Positions 61,574 through 64,000 of a stretch of DNA of 64,000 nucleotides are shown in pieces (within the stretch, counting starts at the first letter, position 1; every line of letters begins with the position of its first letter). The notes under the pieces were generated by a model, which was given only the letters and a program-made list of their open reading frames with translations, was not told where the DNA came from and ran no database searches. A program made the translations under genes and the position numbers. The stretch is taken from NCBI GenBank assembly GCA_043228905.1, contig JBHGNT010000157.1, forward strand, positions 1-64,000. The letters are read 5' to 3'. Origin of the DNA: Azolla caroliniana (taxonomy: Eukaryota > Plantae > Polypodiophyta).

Positions 61574-64000
61574 TGTTACCGGCCGGCAAAGGAGTTCAGA
61601 GTGTGAAACGGGGAGTTATTTAATTAGTAGGAATGGTTGTAAGTAAGCTATGAGTGTGGACGGACGGACCGGAATCGGTATGCCGTTTCGGATCCGGACC
61701 GATCCCGAATAGGTGCGGATGGCACCGTTTTGTACTACAGACCGGGAACCTATTTAAAGGCCCGGATACAATGTAATGAGGAGCGGTTAATTAATAAAGC
61801 TTAGTGTTGTTATCTCTCTGTGTTAATTGTCGTTCTGCATTCATTGTTATATTTTACGCGTGTGAATATTAAGGGCGATCTTGCTAAGTAACTTAATTAA
61901 GTCGGATTAAGTGTTGAGTCTAATCTTGTTGCCGGAACACCCCTTTGGTGAAGTGTGTTCCGTAGACACCCTGTGTTAGGCCATTGTCCGGCCCTAAGAG
62001 TTAACACAGTTTTTGGCGACCACGATTCCTGTTTTTGCAGCGAACGACGGCACGGATGGATGACTAGATCAACGCACGACCTGGTTACAGATCGAACTTG
62101 ACACCTTGCCGAAAGGCAAAGGAGACGTGAGGCTTTCCAGTAAGCGGCACAGGAAATTAGAGCGGATCGCTCGTTTTCCAACATAATCCGGAGAGTAGCG
62201 GAGGACTCCCTCTGGTTACAGCAAACATCGCACCCGAACGACGGCAGCAACCTAAGGAGCCTCCATGAAACTGAATCCCTTCTCCAGGCGTTGGCAAACA
62301 GAGAAGGCGAAGCAGAAGCCTTTTCAGCGTATGAATCGGATTCCGAAGGGGAATACAACGTGCACACGAACTACCGTAGCAGCAACGAAACCCCGGGCGG
62401 ACCGGAGGACGAAGGATCAGACACCTTACCGACACCGGAACCGGAAGTGCTAAGGCTGGAACCTCCGGAACCAGCAGAGGAAGAGCGACCTCTGACACCG
62501 GAAGTTGAAGAGGAGAGGCCTCCGTCACCAAAAGAAGAGGAAAGACCACCGATGCCGGAAAAAAATCAAGAAAGACCACCGACGCCGGAGAAAATCCCGG
62601 AATGACCACCAACACTGCCAGCCCGCGCACCGATACCGGACGACGACATGTCGTTCCAGTACTCCAAGTATAGAGATGATCCGGACGCGGAAGCTCATGT
62701 TCACGCCTTTGAACAGACATGGGAAGCAAACCATGTGTCCCAGCGATTGACCCCGGAAGAAGAGGAACGCTCTAAGATAGCAGAATTTGGCGTCACATTG
62801 GAGGGACCGGTAGCAAGATGGCGCCGGACACAGGACCCGTCTACCATCACCACCTTTGCAGATTTAAAAGCTAAATTCTTGCATTTTTTCCAAAAGGAGG
62901 TGGACCAGACAATAATGGTGGGCTTATTTTATACCATCTGACAGGAGGCAGGGGAGAACATTCCCCAGTTTGTCATCCGGTTTCAACGGATGCATAGTCA
63001 GCTTGCCCGCGCACCCCCGGAGGAGGAATTACGGACTATATTCCTAAATGCGCTCCGGGAACCCCTACACACGGTTTGCACAGTAATTGACTTCCGCACA
63101 AGTACCATCGACCAGGTCATTGACCGGGTGAGAGAGATGGAAAAGACAAGCTCATGGCTCATACTGGGAGCACTCCAACGGGCATTACCGTCCAATGAAG
63201 ACCTCCGGTTTCGGCAAGCAATACAGTGCACAACCTACTTGAATTCCGGACACTCGGCACTAGAATGCACTATGAGGACGCAATGTGTAATCTGTCAATC
63301 CAAGGGCCATACGACAGATAGGTGCGAGTATAATCTATTGAACCGGCAAGCACCTCCCGTCCGACAAATAGAGCCACGCACCAGCCGGGATGAAGAAGAG
63401 GAACGTTGGTGGCGAATGGATCGTGACCGACCGGCACAGGATGTCCAGTATGGCGATCGACGGGAGAATGATGTCCAGTACGGTGATCGGCGAGATAACT
63501 ATGACCGGCATGATAGATATGATCGGTACCGGGATTACAATAGATGATATGAACATTACGACCGGGAGCACTCCCCCGAGTATCGTCAACAACGGGAGGA
63601 ATACGGCAGATATAACGACCAACCTCGTCAGGAGTACCGCAATAAGAAGAACTATAACAAAAAACGGCATTTCAAAAAAGGCGGCTACCCACGGGATCCG
63701 GAACAAGGAGCTTTAAGCAGCCAACCGGCCCAAAACCCCACGCTTACCACGGGACCTGCCTCAGGTACAACAGACAATGCCGAATCTAGCAATACCCGGA
63801 AAGCCTACTGCTACTACTGCCGACATGAAGGCCATTATAGTAATCAATGCCCGGCGAAGAGCTATGACAAACGACCGGCAGTAAATATGGTAGTCCCTGA
63901 AGTGGCAGATTTGCAACAGGTGACCACAAGGTCGAAGGGCATGGCCAAGGAATGGGAGACGCAGGAGACCATCCGGAAGCAAGCGAGGGAATGGGTGAAA
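61574..64000 (+). mobile_element. Ty3/gypsy element, 5' part (LTR 61574-62006, Arg-type PBS ~62014, degenerate gag); runs off the window
   Basis: TGTTACC...GTTAACA LTR ends. PBS TGGCGACCAC. Retrotrans_gag-like ORFs 62648-62941 and 62990-63547. Knuckles CVICQSKGHTTDRC and CYYCRHEGHYSNQC; VTTRSK. Confidence 0.8.

Overview
Eukaryotic (land-plant) genomic DNA; the TE lineages suggest a fern or other non-seed plant, but this is inference. There is one host gene: an intronless GRAS transcription factor of the LATERAL SUPPRESSOR (LAS/MOC1/SCL18) type at 15502-18189 (-). It sits in a TE-poor, microsatellite-rich island of about 11.7-22.3 kb. The rest is transposon-derived. The interval 1-11.7 kb holds nested Copia/Gypsy remnants and two non-autonomous DNA-transposon families. 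The interval 27.2-64 kb is an approximately 7-level nest of LTR retrotransposons, including one very young, intact Ty1/copia element (48005-53345, 1358-aa ORF). The most notable observations are: (i) tRNA-like Pol III A/B-box modules built into the LTRs of two different Gypsy lineages; (ii) a Trp-primed Gypsy family whose 4-bp target sites are all centred on CG; (iii) a chromovirus lacking a tRNA PBS but with a Tf1-like self-priming match and a candidate gag-pol-joining intron; (iv) a 7 x 206-bp tandem array born from an integrase active-site segment; (v) several recombinant or rearranged elements. All coordinates were read by eye and may be off by a few bases.
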